Made by a program: the position numbers and the translations under genes. Positions 42,096 through 55,412 of a stretch of DNA of 64,000 nt are shown piece by piece (position 1 is the first letter of the stretch; every line of letters starts with the position of its first letter). Origin of the DNA: Eledone cirrhosa (taxonomy: Eukaryota). The stretch is from contig OZ024749.1 of the NCBI GenBank assembly GCA_964016885.1, positions 49,352,001-49,416,000 of the forward strand, read 5' to 3'. The notes under the pieces were generated by a model, which was given only the letters and a program-made list of their open reading frames with translations, was not told the origin of the DNA and searched no databases.

Positions 42096-42660
42096 ATACT
42101 AATATTTACAAAGAAAAATAGGTGATATCTTTGGATGAGCAGAGAAACTTCTAAATAAATATATGTTGTTTACGGTAAACACACAGTCTAAAAATCTAAT
42201 AATAGAATTGTTTAATTACAAAAAAAGCGTTTGAGTCTATTCCCAACTGATTATTCTCGAAATCGATTCATTAGATGCAGCAGTTGAAATGCGCAACGAT
42301 TGGCTGTTGTAATAAATTATGCAATTCAATATTTTATGCTAAAATTACTTCTATTATTTAGATAATAAATGTGCCGTCTGACGATCGACAATAGAAATAT
42401 AACAAAAATATCACGATATATATTGTTAGACTGTGACCGCCAGCTACTTTTAGAAAGTAATACTATCAAATGAAATTAATAATAATGATATCTTTCTTAA
42501 ACTAAATATCATACTTTTATCGTTGACAGAGGAACTACACACACACACATATGCACGCACACACACAAAAACGCACACACGCGCACGCACACACGCACGC
42601 ACACACACATCTAAATATATATATATATATACATGCATACATACATACATACATACATAC

Positions 42661-42713
<53 letters not shown>

Positions 42714-43741
42714 TAAGGATTTGCTACTAATTAAGCAAGATACATGGTGAGATATTGTATGTTGAAAAAAGTTATACAATAAGAGGGTCATGATGCCAAC
42801 AATGTTAATAAAAGTAAACATAGAATAATACTAAACAACACCGTTTCTCAAATCTTCTTCCTCGAAAGATTAGAATTCCACAAGAGGTCGAGTGATAAAC
42901 AATCTTTACAAGAGAGAAATGAGAAACATTGATCAAGACGTGACTGTATGATAGATGATTATAAATACGCAATCTATGATAAATAAACCAGATATATAAC
43001 GAAAAATATGTTCAACATGTAAACTACGATAAAATTATAAACGAGATCAATGTTATTAATAAAATAAATAATTCATATGCAGGAGTTTCCTGAGACATGA
43101 CCACGTTTTAAAGTGTTCCACAACGGTAAAAAGTTTGAAAAATGCTAGTAAGGATTATGCACAATAAAATAGAAGGAAGGGAGAGACAATGCTACAAAAA
43201 TACTTACGTAGAGCTGACACCCTCCCCCCATACTTATTATACCAAATGAGAACGAATGTCAGAGTTGCTTCAGAATGGTTCAGTCTGCTCATCAAATAAA
43301 AAAAGGTCTGCTTGACTGGAGGTTCAATAGCGGTAGTCTCATGGTTAAATCAGTGTTTGTCGAAACAGGTTCTTCGATACAGTCTCCTGGCCACCGGATA
43401 CAGTTTCCTGAAATCCAAATCCCCTCAAGAGACATATATCGTCTATAGGCTATACTAAATAGCACGTTCCTATTATGCCATGGAGTGGTATCGAACATGA
43501 AATCTTAAAACTTATAGCAAATCTATTATAGTATAATTTATACAGCGTCGAATCTGGGACACTATATATGTATAGTGTCCCAGGGTCGACACCACCACTT
43601 TCTCAAGCGTGAACCTTGATACTAACACTTTGTACTGCACTCTTCGTTATTGTTTTTGTTTTCTGTTTAACTTATATATATATTTATTTATATATATATA
43701 TTTATTTATATATATATTTATTTATATATATATATATTTAC

Positions 43742-43910
43742 TTATTAAAATAACAGATTAGAGTTTAAGCAAAGCATCGCTGATTTCACCCTTAACGGGA
43801 TCTTATTTTAATAAATATTAGCTCTACGGTTCTTATATATTTGATATATATTTATCCTTATCCAGCCCTCTTTGGATTGTAGTCTTTAAAATCATTATTA
43901 TTACTATATA
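43742..43910. mobile_element. H7 fragment: minus-strand end joined to plus-strand tail
   Basis: 43742-43804 is the reverse-complement motif; 43805-43910 is the forward tail as at 59027-59128. Confidence 0.75.
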
Positions 43911-43915
43911 TATGA

Positions 43916-44095
43916 GGACGGTCGATCGGCAGAGGGTCGTAGGTCATGCTTTGCAGCAAAGAGTTACGGCCCTTTATGATCTGAGTTCAAATTCCGCCTA
44001 TGTTAACTTTGCCTTTCATCCTTACAGGGTCGATACAATAAAGTACGAGTAATACACTGAGTAATTGCTGGCCTTGTGCCAAAAGTAGAAACAAT

Positions 44096-44097
<2 letters not shown>
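43916..44097 (+). mobile_element. tRNA-derived SINE
   Basis: Consensus match with a diverged head. Confidence 0.85.
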
Positions 44098-44142
<45 letters not shown>

Positions 44143-44198
44143 CATACGCACATACAAACATATATGCATCCATACAGGCATGCCTACATATGTACATG

Positions 44199-44276
<78 letters not shown>

Positions 44277-44710
44277 TACATAAACACATATATATGCAGA
44301 CACACAATTATATTTTGAAGAGAGAAACATATTCTTTCTTGTAAATTGAAAGATAACAAATCAGAAGTCGACCTAGAGAGGAGCATATTTTAGTATCTTC
44401 ATTCGAATGTGTAAATTACAAAAGTTACTCGCTTGAACGCTTCGTGAATTTCTATGCTTTACTAAACACGCCGATATCTTTGTAATTTAAAGAGAAATAT
44501 GTTTTATCTGTTTGTATATAAAATTATTTGAAACTGGTAATCGCCGAAATCAATTGTTTGAAGTTCAAAACCCACATTAGTGTTGTCAAATATTGTGTAT
44601 CCACACACACACACACACACACAGACATGCACACACACACAAACCCACACACACACACATATATATATATATATTTCTGTTTCTACACACGTACCCCCCC
44701 CACCACACAC

Positions 44711-44809
<99 letters not shown>

Positions 44810-47330
44810 GTTGTAAGTAAACAAAAATATTTATATATCGTTAGAAGTCTATTTTAACGATATTATTGTGATGGTTCTCCTCACAACTGAAAGAGAATTT
44901 GTTTCATAACGTTTAATGTATATATGGTTGCATATATCAAACACTGCGATCAATATGAATGATAATATCTTATAAAATATATTCAAATCAATAGATGAAC
45001 AATGTCCGCAAGTGTGTATTCTTTTATGGCGGAGATGTGTCAACATGGGTCAATAGAATATTTTATACAATATTTTATAATATCCGAGCTTGTCTGCCCT
45101 AAATGATAAATCTATACACAAAGAGAATGGAGCGCCAAGAAGAATATTTTTTGCCTCATAAATCAATACAATATGAAAGTATAGTAATCATATATATTTG
45201 GATATGTGCCCACATTTACTTTCATAAGTGGTAAAACAAAATAAAAGCGAATAAAGCCGCTATGAAAATTGTGTTGTTATCCTTCTTTTGTACAATTAAT
45301 TAGGAAACGAATGTAGATTAAAATTATTCAGCATGTTTTTTTAATATATATTTGGAAGCTGAGAATTATTCTGGTAATGTTTTGTGTAATTATTATCTTA
45401 CTGATTATATTCTAGAATTCTCTCTGGTCAATAATATGAAAAGAATATTATCTGAGTCTGTTTTCTAATTAAACACTATCATTTCCTTTATAGTTTCTCG
45501 TAATTCTTGTTTCACAACAAACAAACATTAGAATAGATTATCTTGTATTTGTTGTTTTTATGTGGATATTTTAATAGATGTGGTGTAAATTAAAACATTT
45601 AAATATTGTAACGAACCCACAACGTAATAAGAGAGGGGGAACATTCACATTTACATTTAAGAATTATAAATATTTAAAGATAATGAAAGTAGCCATAACA
45701 ATTGTACTAGTCACATCTATCGATTAGAGGGAATGTATAATCAATATATATGTTTCTGAATCTATGTGAAAATAAGAAACAACTTTTCTCTCAAATTCTA
45801 TACGGAAGAACACGGTTGTGCCCCGAATTAATTTATTAAATACGTTGCTTTTTTGCAAAATTTTAGTTGCCTGTTGTGATCAAGATAGAAAAATAAAGTT
45901 CAACAATTCAATATTCAAGTGACGTTTGAAGTCATTCGTTATGCAGTTATCCATTCGTTCCATTACACTCTAGAATTATAGTTGAAACTGAAAGGTAATA
46001 TTGTCGTCCGTGTACAATAACTTTCAATGTTGCGTCGTCTTTAAAATGATTAAACATACTTCAAAGTGTAATGCTTTCTGAATTGCAACATAAACCATTG
46101 ATTCATATAACTTTGACATTTAGTCTAAAATGTATTAATCATTTGTGAAAAAATACGAACTATTAAATGTGTCACAAAGAAATAATATTCCAAGAATCTT
46201 TTCAAATATTGTTTGTATTTTCCTTTTAATTTCTTTACGAAACAGTTAACTAATATCTTAGTTTATATCACATCCAAGAAAATGTTTTCTTCTAAAGACA
46301 AACAATATATATGCATTCAATGTTGCTTTCATCGAAAAACAACACAAGTAAATTTGTTTCTAAACACAAAATACTTTCGTCATTTGAATAAAGATAAATA
46401 ACATTATAGTGCCTTAGTGTTTTAAGTGTAATACGAGAAATTTCTTATGATCTGATGAGATGAATCTGTGGTACTTTATTTTGTTATTGAACAAATACAA
46501 TGACACACCATTCTCTTATAAAATGTTATATGAGGACAATAATCTTCGATTCAAACTCTTGGTATAATTACACTGAAATGTAAATGGCAATTGATATAAA
46601 TTGTATGACATCAGTTGCAAAAAATATTAAATGATATTTTGTATTTAAAGCCTCAAAAATAGAACTTAAAGGAAAGAGTAGGTATTATGCTTATTTTTAA
46701 GGTAAGTACAGTCTCATTAAACTATTTCCACGATACTGTGAACAGTAATGCTCATGTGAAACTATTTATATGATAATACAGCAACTAGACTCTTCTAGAG
46801 ATAAGAAGTTGCATGTTGCCGGTTGAACAGAGCTTCTAGCAAATTTGGAGGAATACAAATGACTTTCCTGTGAGGACATTTGGCGTTATCATCTATAATC
46901 GTCCAAATGGAAGTAAATTAATATTTATGATAGGCACGACAGGACATTAATTAAATGAAATTCGATAACACATCAGTATGTTAATTATTGAATTGATAAC
47001 ATACCATATCATCTCAAAATAGCCGCGATCTTTGCCACGTTTGATGTGACTTTACACAGTTCTTTAGTTGAGGTACTATGTCAGCAAAGTACATAATCTA
47101 CACCATAATAATCATCTTCTATCAAGATATATCAATTTCATCGTCTACTATGCAGACATTCACATTAGTATCATGTACAGCGGACTTATAATTTCAGAAA
47201 TGTCTACTGCTGAGAGATCAAAATGTGGGTTAGGTGTGATGATGTGTATTTGACAAAATAAGGTATCGTGGTGAGCCCTGGGCTAGATATCTCTACAAAG
47301 AGAACATTATATTATATAGAAGGTGGATAA

Positions 47331-47520
47331 GGGCGGTGGATTGGCAGTATCGGTAGAGGGTCTGACGCTATGCTTTGCAGCAAAGAGTTACGCCCCTTTA
47401 TGGTTTGAGTTCAAATCCCGCCGAGGTTAACTTTGCCTTTCATCCTTACGGGGTCGATAAAATAAAGTACCAGTAATGCACTGGGTAATTGCTGGCCTTG
47501 TGCCAAAAGTAGAAACAATT
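47331..47520 (+). mobile_element. tRNA-derived SINE, full length, near consensus
   Basis: A-box-like tggcagtatcggta and B-box gagttcaaatccc; TSD attatattatatagaa at 47306-47321 and 47518-47533. Confidence 0.92.
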
Positions 47521-47620
47521 ATATTATATAGAAATGTCAAAGCGGTGAAAGTAAAACCTGTGTTATTATAGAAAGCAAGGCACCTACATTTAATGCTAAA
47601 TGTTATGAGCTAAGATCATA

Positions 47621-47767
47621 AATAATTGTTTCTACTTTAGGCACAAGGCCAGCAATTACCCAGTGCATTACTGGTACTTTATTTTATCGACCCTGTAAGG
47701 ATGAAAGGCAAAGTCAACCTCGGCGGGATTTGAACTCAGATCATAAAGGGACGTAACTATGCTGGAA
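47621..47767 (-). mobile_element. tRNA-derived SINE, 5'-truncated, inverted relative to its neighbour
   Basis: TSD cataaataat at 47617-47626 and 47768-47777. Confidence 0.9.
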
Positions 47768-48875
47768 CATAAATAATGCTATTTGGAAGATACAGTCTAA
47801 TGCTAAAGTTCATATAAAATGTTACCTATAACTTGTATTTATTTACGCTACCATCTAACTATATTATTTCCTTTATATAATAAATAGCCAATGTTGAATT
47901 TTTAATAAGGAGAACATATTTATAAAAATTAAAATCTTAACTACATTAAGTTATAATATCACAGAATCATTCGAGTGTCGGTATTGTTTTGGTTTTTAAA
48001 TAGGATTCATTGCTATTGCGGTGTTCATTTACGCATTTTCAGATCATCGAATATTGTCTTGTAAACTATTTACAGTTTACATTAGGAACATGATTGATAT
48101 ATCTAAACCGTCCAGCTACTGTCCACATCATGGAATGTTTAAAAATCCCATAGGAGTGCTGCAGGCCTTACAACATAATCCCCAAAGGATGATAGCACGA
48201 GCAATTTTGCCTCTATAGCATTGTGTATTATAATCGGAGTAATATTGATTTCTAAATAATTCCCATTCAACTGTCATTATATCATCCATTCATTGCTTAA
48301 ACATCTCTTTCACTCTATCTTTAACTATTTATCCATTGAAATATATCCCATTTCATTTCTTTAATCACACTCACTTCTGTAATTCAATGCAACTGAAATG
48401 ATCTATCAATACTACAAATCTTGGGACAAATCGTGAAATGCTAACATTCAATTGTTCACTGAGAAAAGTGCATCCCAACAGAAAATGAGTCATAAATAAT
48501 TGGTGTACAAGTCATATATCGGATGGAATGCTGATAGAAATAGTGAAATACATCTAAAGGTGATAAATTACACGTCAGATAGCCTCACAGAATTTTATTT
48601 AAATACAGGATTCAAACTATGAATTAGAGACACGTAAACGGAATCACCATGTATATGAGAGAAAAAAGATCTAAATATTTTTACATTATCATTCAAACAA
48701 TGTTGTCTGAGAAGTGGATTTTATGGTGGATATATCACTGCTATATTAAAAATCAAAGATATATTTTGAATTACCTGATGATATCATCGGATTCATGCTG
48801 AACCCGGTCATTGAAATGGTCACATATATATAAACGTTTCAAGGACTTACACCAGTCCAGCCTTCTGTTATTTTA

Positions 48876-48916
<41 letters not shown>

Positions 48917-49167
48917 CACCTTGACAACCTCGACCGAGCAGTATGTCGGGCTCCAATCGGCGCCGCTGGTCACATCACGTTAAAAGCCATAAGATAACGC
49001 AATCCCACTGACTGGGCGGGCAGCCTGGTATTCATTTCTACAGCTGACTAAACTGGAGCAACGTGAAATAAAGTGTCTTGCTCAAGGAAACAACACATCA
49101 CCCGGTCCAACTCACAACCTTTTGATTGTAAGCCCAATGCTCTAACCACTAAGCCATGCGCCTTCAC
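48917..49167 (-). mobile_element. Second tRNA-derived SINE family with a CORE-like central domain, inserted in (TA)n
   Basis: Minus strand: gtgaaggcgcatggcttagtggttagagc (A box TGGCTTAGTGG), then gtgttgtttccttgagcaagacactttatttcacgttgctccagt, which resembles the CORE-SINE domain. Confidence 0.8.
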
Positions 49168-49381
49168 ATATATATATATATTTTTTTTTTCAACCTGTTA
49201 GTTCTTTCGTTACTTTGGTATTGTTTGTTAGATTTTGCCTACCACCATGTTCAATTTGTCAAGCTATTTAAACGTATGTTATTAATCTTAGAACCTACCG
49301 TGTCGAGTGTTTTCTAACTCATTCATATCGTAGGTCGAATTTGCTTGCACACCGACAAGGATTCGATTTTACTAAGCCTAC

Positions 49382-49440
<59 letters not shown>

Positions 49441-49971
49441 TATATACACACACACACAAACACACACACACATATATATATATATACACACACACATTTA
49501 TTTGCAAGCTGTCTTTCATTGCCGCACACCCACATGAATATGTATATATGCCCTTTGAGGATTAACACAATGTCATTCTTGTGTGATTCTATGTATGCAC
49601 ACGTACGGGTGTGCGTACCTTTATGTGGAGCAGTAACACAGTAGCATTTAAACATTTATGTGTCCAATTACCATTAGATTTGATCATAACATTCTGTTAA
49701 CTTTTCATTTCATATTTTACAAAATATATAGAAGAAAATTCTGAAAATCAACCTTGATTTTTGTAACATTTACATCGAAATATCTGTGTCAAGATTATTA
49801 TGACATTTGGAATTATATCTTTTCGCATCCGTTACATGGTATAACCTTTATCATGTAACAATGACCTTATGCTACATATAAATTATAAACACATTATTAG
49901 GCTATATTCAGTTGTATTTATATGCGTTGTTTGCAGATCACCAAAATAACACCACTTTTGACAATATATAA

Positions 49972-50132
49972 TAACCTACCGTATTGCCTAATTGCCTTTA
50001 TTTCATTTGGTATTTGTGAGCTTATTGTTAGGCAAAAATATACCGTATATAATCTTGTATTCTAGTGACATTATGTCTAGTGAAATCTGCAAACCGATAT
50101 AATATATATATATAGAGAGAGAGAAAGAGAAT

Positions 50133-50216
<84 letters not shown>

Positions 50217-50379
50217 TATATAGAAAAAACGATGAAATCGAAAATGCAACTGGAGTCTTATTTTTTTTTAAATATGTATATATTTATTTGGTTCCTTTAC
50301 CGGTTTCGCAGTTGTTCTGCTTTTCAAAAGTAGAGTTGAGATGGAGGGTCTGTGGTTTTTCTCACATATCTCTCTCTCC

Positions 50380-50441
<62 letters not shown>

Positions 50442-50588
50442 ATATATATATATATATTATATCGGTTTGCAGATTTCACTAGACATAATGTCACTAGAAT
50501 ACAAGATTATATACGATATATTTTTGCCTTAACAATAAGCTCACAAATACCAAATGAAATAAAGGCAATTACGCAATACGGTAGGTTA
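49972..50588. repeat. ~130-bp inverted duplication of flanking DNA around a (TA)/(GA) tract and the H5 insert
   Basis: 49972-50103 and 50456-50588 are reverse complements with only a few differences; the (TA)n(GA)n and (CT)n(TA)n tracts extend the symmetry. Confidence 0.92.
50223..50342 (-). mobile_element. Short repeat H5 with a degenerate hammerhead-like motif (copy 1)
   Basis: Minus strand ctt|TTGAAAA|gcag-aacaa-ctgc|GAAA|ccgg|TA|aag at 50293-50334; homologous to 51494-51608. Confidence 0.65.
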
Positions 50589-51242
50589 AATGATTGTACA
50601 CATTATTTTAACAATTTAATATGATGAACAACGTAGTACCACTTTGTCAAATTGTGGCTCATATTTCAAATCGCCAACAGAGAATATTTGGCCTTCATTT
50701 CCCATTTTCAGACGCAAATTTGAAGTAATATAAGTAATTTTACCAATTGTAATCTGAAATTAGTGTTGTTTACAGTTTATAATATTGTGATGTGAATACA
50801 TTCAATTTTTTCGACGGCAAGAGTTCGGTGTAAGAAAATATGCTCTTTTGCATGTGTACTCCTCACAAAATAAATCATGTTTATCTTTTAATAGAATTGA
50901 TTCATCAAACGAAACATTACATTCTTAAAACGAATAAAATCTATGAAAATAATTTAAGTATAGATACATAATTTAATGTTCACATTAAGACCTTTTAAAT
51001 TGTAGTACATATAGTAAAAAAAAAATATTAAGTATTTCAGACTTATGCGTCATTCTTCATAAAGGTTGAAAATAAAATGAATAAGAAATATGAGATTTAA
51101 TTCTCACGTGGAGTATTTCAAACTATGGAATTCACAGTATATGATAGTAAGATTTATATTACAATTATATAATTTATATTAATATCATATCTATAAATAT
51201 TTTCTTTCATAAAATAGAAATATAGATATAACCTGCCATTAT

Positions 51243-51350
51243 ATCCCGCCGAGGTTAACTTTGCCTTTCATCCTTACGAGGTCGATAAATTAAAGTACCA
51301 GTAATGCACTGGGTTATTGCTGGCCTTTTGCCAAAAGTAGAAACAATTAT
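51243..51350 (+). mobile_element. tRNA-derived SINE, 3' half
   Basis: atcccgccgaggttaactttgcc...agaaacaattat. Confidence 0.87.
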
Positions 51351-51493
51351 ATATGAATAATTAAATATATCTAATTTAATATCCGTGAAACTTCACTTGA
51401 AACATATACTACTAATTTATACTTGGCACGATTTAAATAAACATTCATTTACATGAAAACAGACAATACATATACATATATATATATATATAT

Positions 51494-51608
51494 AAGGAAA
51501 CAAGATGAAATCGAAAATGCAACTGGAGGCTGTTTAAAGAAAATACATATTTATTTGGTCCTTTACCGGTTTCGCAGTTTTTGTGCTTTTCAAAAGTAGA
51601 ATTGAGAT
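51494..51608 (-). mobile_element. Short repeat H5 (copy 2) next to (TA)n
   Basis: Same motif at 51559-51600 and the same terminal sequence gatgaaatcgaaaatgcaactggag. Confidence 0.65.
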
Positions 51609-51693
51609 AGTGTTCGAATCTTACTTCTGTTTTATACGGAAAAAAGTGGCTCCAAATGATAGGTTTTTTTTCTAATAACCAACCATTATATAT

Positions 51694-51738
<45 letters not shown>

Positions 51739-51742
<4 letters not shown>

Positions 51743-51854
51743 AATGGCTACAGTATTAGAGCTGTTTCATTCGATGATGAAAGTCACCAAGAAAGGGTTT
51801 TCCTGGTGATTTCCTTCGAATGAAATGCTTCTAGTCCCATAGAAGCAATTTCTA
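51739..51854. repeat. Imperfect ~115-bp inverted repeat (MITE-like hairpin) beside (TA)n
   Basis: tagaaatggct...tttcattcga..gaaagtcacca versus tggtgatttcc..tcgaatgaaa...agcaatttcta. Confidence 0.65.
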
Positions 51855-51942
51855 AATTAAATATTTACACTCTGCTATGTACTATGTACTTACTGTGGCT
51901 ACTCCCGATTGAACCCGCCATATACAATCCGACACACACACA

Positions 51943-52000
<58 letters not shown>

Positions 52001-52789
52001 GGGGGGGGGGTGCGTGCGTGTGCGTGTGTGTGTGCGTGTGCGCGTGTGTGTGTGTGTACGTGTGTGTGTGTGTGTGCATGCATACGCGCAGACCGCTCTC
52101 GCTCTCTCTCTATGCATATAAACACACCTATCTCTCCCTTACCACATAAAGTTGCCTTTAAGTGGGATGCAGTTAGTTACTCTAAATTGACTTTACTTAC
52201 ATCTAGAAGCAAATTTTAGTTTCTCAACAATAATACAAAATCATGGGGTAATAATAATCTATCCTAAATTCATAAATAGAAAGGAAAATGAAAGATTTCA
52301 TATAAAGTAAGAAAAAATACCCACAATGTATGGCTTATGCTAGTAAATATATTTGTGTTTTTACAATACAAAAGATTTCAATAAATAAATATATTTTGAA
52401 AGGTTAATAATATTATTGTATACATTATTAGTGAGGAAAACAGACACCACATTCCATGAAAAACGAAAAACTTCATAGGATATGTCAAAGAAAACTCGAA
52501 AAATAACAAAACCTGTGTATTAGTATTATATGTTTTTTTTAAATTATAACTACTCTATTAAATTTCGAGTTTTTAAATGTGTAACACCAATCAAAATGTA
52601 ATAGAAAATATATGAAAAAGAAAGTTTCGTATATTTTAAAACGTGATTAGTGAAATGTTAATTAAATTATCTATAGTTATCAGGCATATCGTGACAAGAA
52701 TTGTAAAATCAATCATGCTCCTTTGTGACTTAAACACAAGTATATATATATATATATTTCAGAAATTATACTATATGTGTGTGTTTTCT

Positions 52790-52882
52790 GATTTAGGCAG
52801 AGGGCCCACAACTTTGGTGGAAGTAAAATTCAATATAATCGACCCCACTGCGTTACTGATACTTTAGATTATCGATCCCGTA
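52790..52882 (-). mobile_element. Highly diverged SINE 3' fragment
   Basis: atcgaccccactgcgttactgatactttagattatcgatcccgtaa resembles the reverse-complemented SINE tail. Confidence 0.45.
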
Positions 52883-55157
52883 AATATATATATATATATA
52901 TACACACAGTATGTGGCAGTCTTTGGGCTACATGGTTGGACCTTATTGTCTGTGTAACTAAGAAGTAGTGAGCTTTCATATGTTTTAGCGTTCTTTAATA
53001 TGTGTCATGGTGCATTGAGTGGAATTGTTCTTTAATAGCAGTTTATATATATTTGTGTCTGCAAATTCGATTTATTTCCTTTTATTTTTAATACGCAAAT
53101 AGTTTTTATAAAGAAACAAATTATAAGCAAAAGAAACAAAAACAAAAGAGACCAAAACGACAAAGAATTGCAGGAAACGAATATGATTGAAATATTTAAT
53201 ATAAAAATTCCAATAAATGCCTGGCGGAATTATGATAAATTCTGATATTTAAATCAACACCGCCATCAACATAATAAATATATATCCCACTACTAGCTTA
53301 ACCCTCCCACTTCTCCATATGTCTCCATTTCCTTATCCCTCTCCACCGATTCCCCCGTGCCATTCATCCCTATACCCATATGTGTATCAGTGCCTGTACG
53401 TGTGTTTTAATGTGTGTATTGAATGTCTACGCACATATGGCTGAAAGTTGATAGAGATTTTATTACCTCAGGTTCCCTATATTATTCTATCAAATCTCGT
53501 AGATGCTATGTTTCAGCTTCTTACGTTCGGCCTCCACACATAATGTATCAACCCTGTAGTGGATTAGATTCTCATTTCATTTTCACTAGTTTTGCCTTCC
53601 TTCAATTCCCTCTATCTTTTTTTCACTTTAGAAGGGAATGGCCTGCATTCAGAAATAAAGTGTAATGGGTTCTGTCAAGCTATAAATAGTTTTGGAGACA
53701 AATAGATTGAAACTCGCTAGGGGTAAATTCTGGACCATATATTTATATACTAAAATCAAAAAGTCTTACAATTAATATGCAAAACACATGCATTCAGCCA
53801 TGATATTGTTTATGAAACTTTGGTAATTGGAACGGTAATTAATCAATAATTCACACTAGAATTCTAAACAAACTGCTCGATATAAATGTATACTCAAAGG
53901 CCACCAGGATTTAAATAAAAATCGTAAGCATCTTCATTGAATATTATATCTGCTTTTCATTAAAAATATGTTCCACTTGTCACGCCTCGATCGACGTTAG
54001 ACGAGCATTTTAAGGCACACTCTATGCTCCTACTGTTCACAATAATTTCAATTATTGACATTTAACACTAAAAGTTGTTAATGTATTTATCGCTTAGTGA
54101 TCTAATCGTGATAGATTTTATTTTTCTGTGGTCTGTAAGAGGATTTAATAGAACTGTAAAAGGTTATCCCACACGTATTAGATAATTAAAGCAATGGGCT
54201 GGACACCTTTGGCTCTTTTGTGGGATAGAGCCGTGATAAACAAAACCTAAGAACATGGATAACTGTATAGGTGGATGTTAGGCAATAAAAAAATGTTAGT
54301 GCAAATAATAAAGAATTTCTTTCAGAACGAGAAATACCAGAAGAAAATATTCAACACCATAACAAGAGTAAATGACGACTGGTTGCCAGGAGAGCTAATA
54401 AAATATTATGGCTTAGAAATACATAAGAATAGCATAATGGAATACATTGAAAATGAGGATATTGCAAAGTTGGTTTAAGAAAAGCTATATGTGAAAAAGC
54501 CATGATTTTTTTTGCCAGTGGCATTAATAGGAAGGTTATATATCATTTGAAATAAATAAAAAAAAGCACCACCATGCATAAAAACATATATACTGATTTC
54601 ACAGGTAAATCACATTGCAAATTGAATTGTACAAAATAGTAATGAAACTTGTCCATACGCATCAATAACTCTTAGCTTCTAAAATACGATTGTTAAACTG
54701 GTATAAATATAAAAGAAAATTTAACTTAGAATTAATATAAGTTCTATAATATATCATATAGCAGGTGTGCTTTAAAAGAGTAGGCAAACACGAAAATATT
54801 TTTAGCATCATGAACGACAGAGGCTGTAAGTTAGAACATTAACTTCCATTTGTGAAAAAAAATATTAGATATATGCTATGCATACAACTTTCGTATATCT
54901 CCTGTCTATTAAGAATGGTTAAGTTAATGATATATGTTGGCGATGTAACCCTACACAATGACACTGAGTCCTATCCGACAGCGATTTGTGAAAAAAACCC
55001 AGACATTTTCTGAAATAGATAGGGAAAGAAAACGAATGATGCTTGAAAAACATCAATGATAGGAAAGGAAGTTGATGGAAAACATATTGACTGGTGACAT
55101 TATTCCATTAACTGGGAAAAGGTGAAAACCATATACACACACAGACACACACAGACA

Positions 55158-55412
55158 TGTTGAAAATGGCAAACTTGACTGTCACCACAGAATATGAACC
55201 TGAAGATTGCGAAAGCATGAAAGTACTTGTTCAATTAACACTTAACATTTAATATTCTACCATCATATTTCATCATAATATCATTATAATTTTAAAGAAT
55301 TGTAAATAAAACGAGTAAATCAAACGAGTAAATCAAACGAGTAAATCAGACAAAGTTGGAATTCCTTTTATTAATATAATATTTTATACACAATCATACA
55401 CACCCGTGTATA
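55158..55412 (+). mobile_element. Hammerhead-bearing repeat H1 (copy 2)
   Basis: Same sequence as 9854-10082, with a 13-bp unit (aaacgagtaaatc) triplicated. Confidence 0.8.
55195..55233 (+). ncRNA. Minimal type-I hammerhead ribozyme motif (family H1)
   Basis: tgaac|CTGAAGA|t-tgc-gaaa-gca-t|GAAA|gtac|TT|gttca: perfect 5-bp stem I, GAAA tetraloop on stem II, palindromic stem III. The site reads UU, possibly a decayed UC(G). Confidence 0.8.

Noticed and set aside
47331-47425. SINE heads as genuine tRNA genes
   Set aside because: The A and B boxes are too widely spaced, there is no acceptor stem, and each is followed by a shared SINE body with TSDs.
54180-54478. 67-aa ORF and a nearby KQWAGHL peptide as a possible exon or RTE/CR1 LINE C-terminal remnant
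   Set aside because: The motif is too short and interrupted, and there are no supporting RT motifs or clear splice sites.
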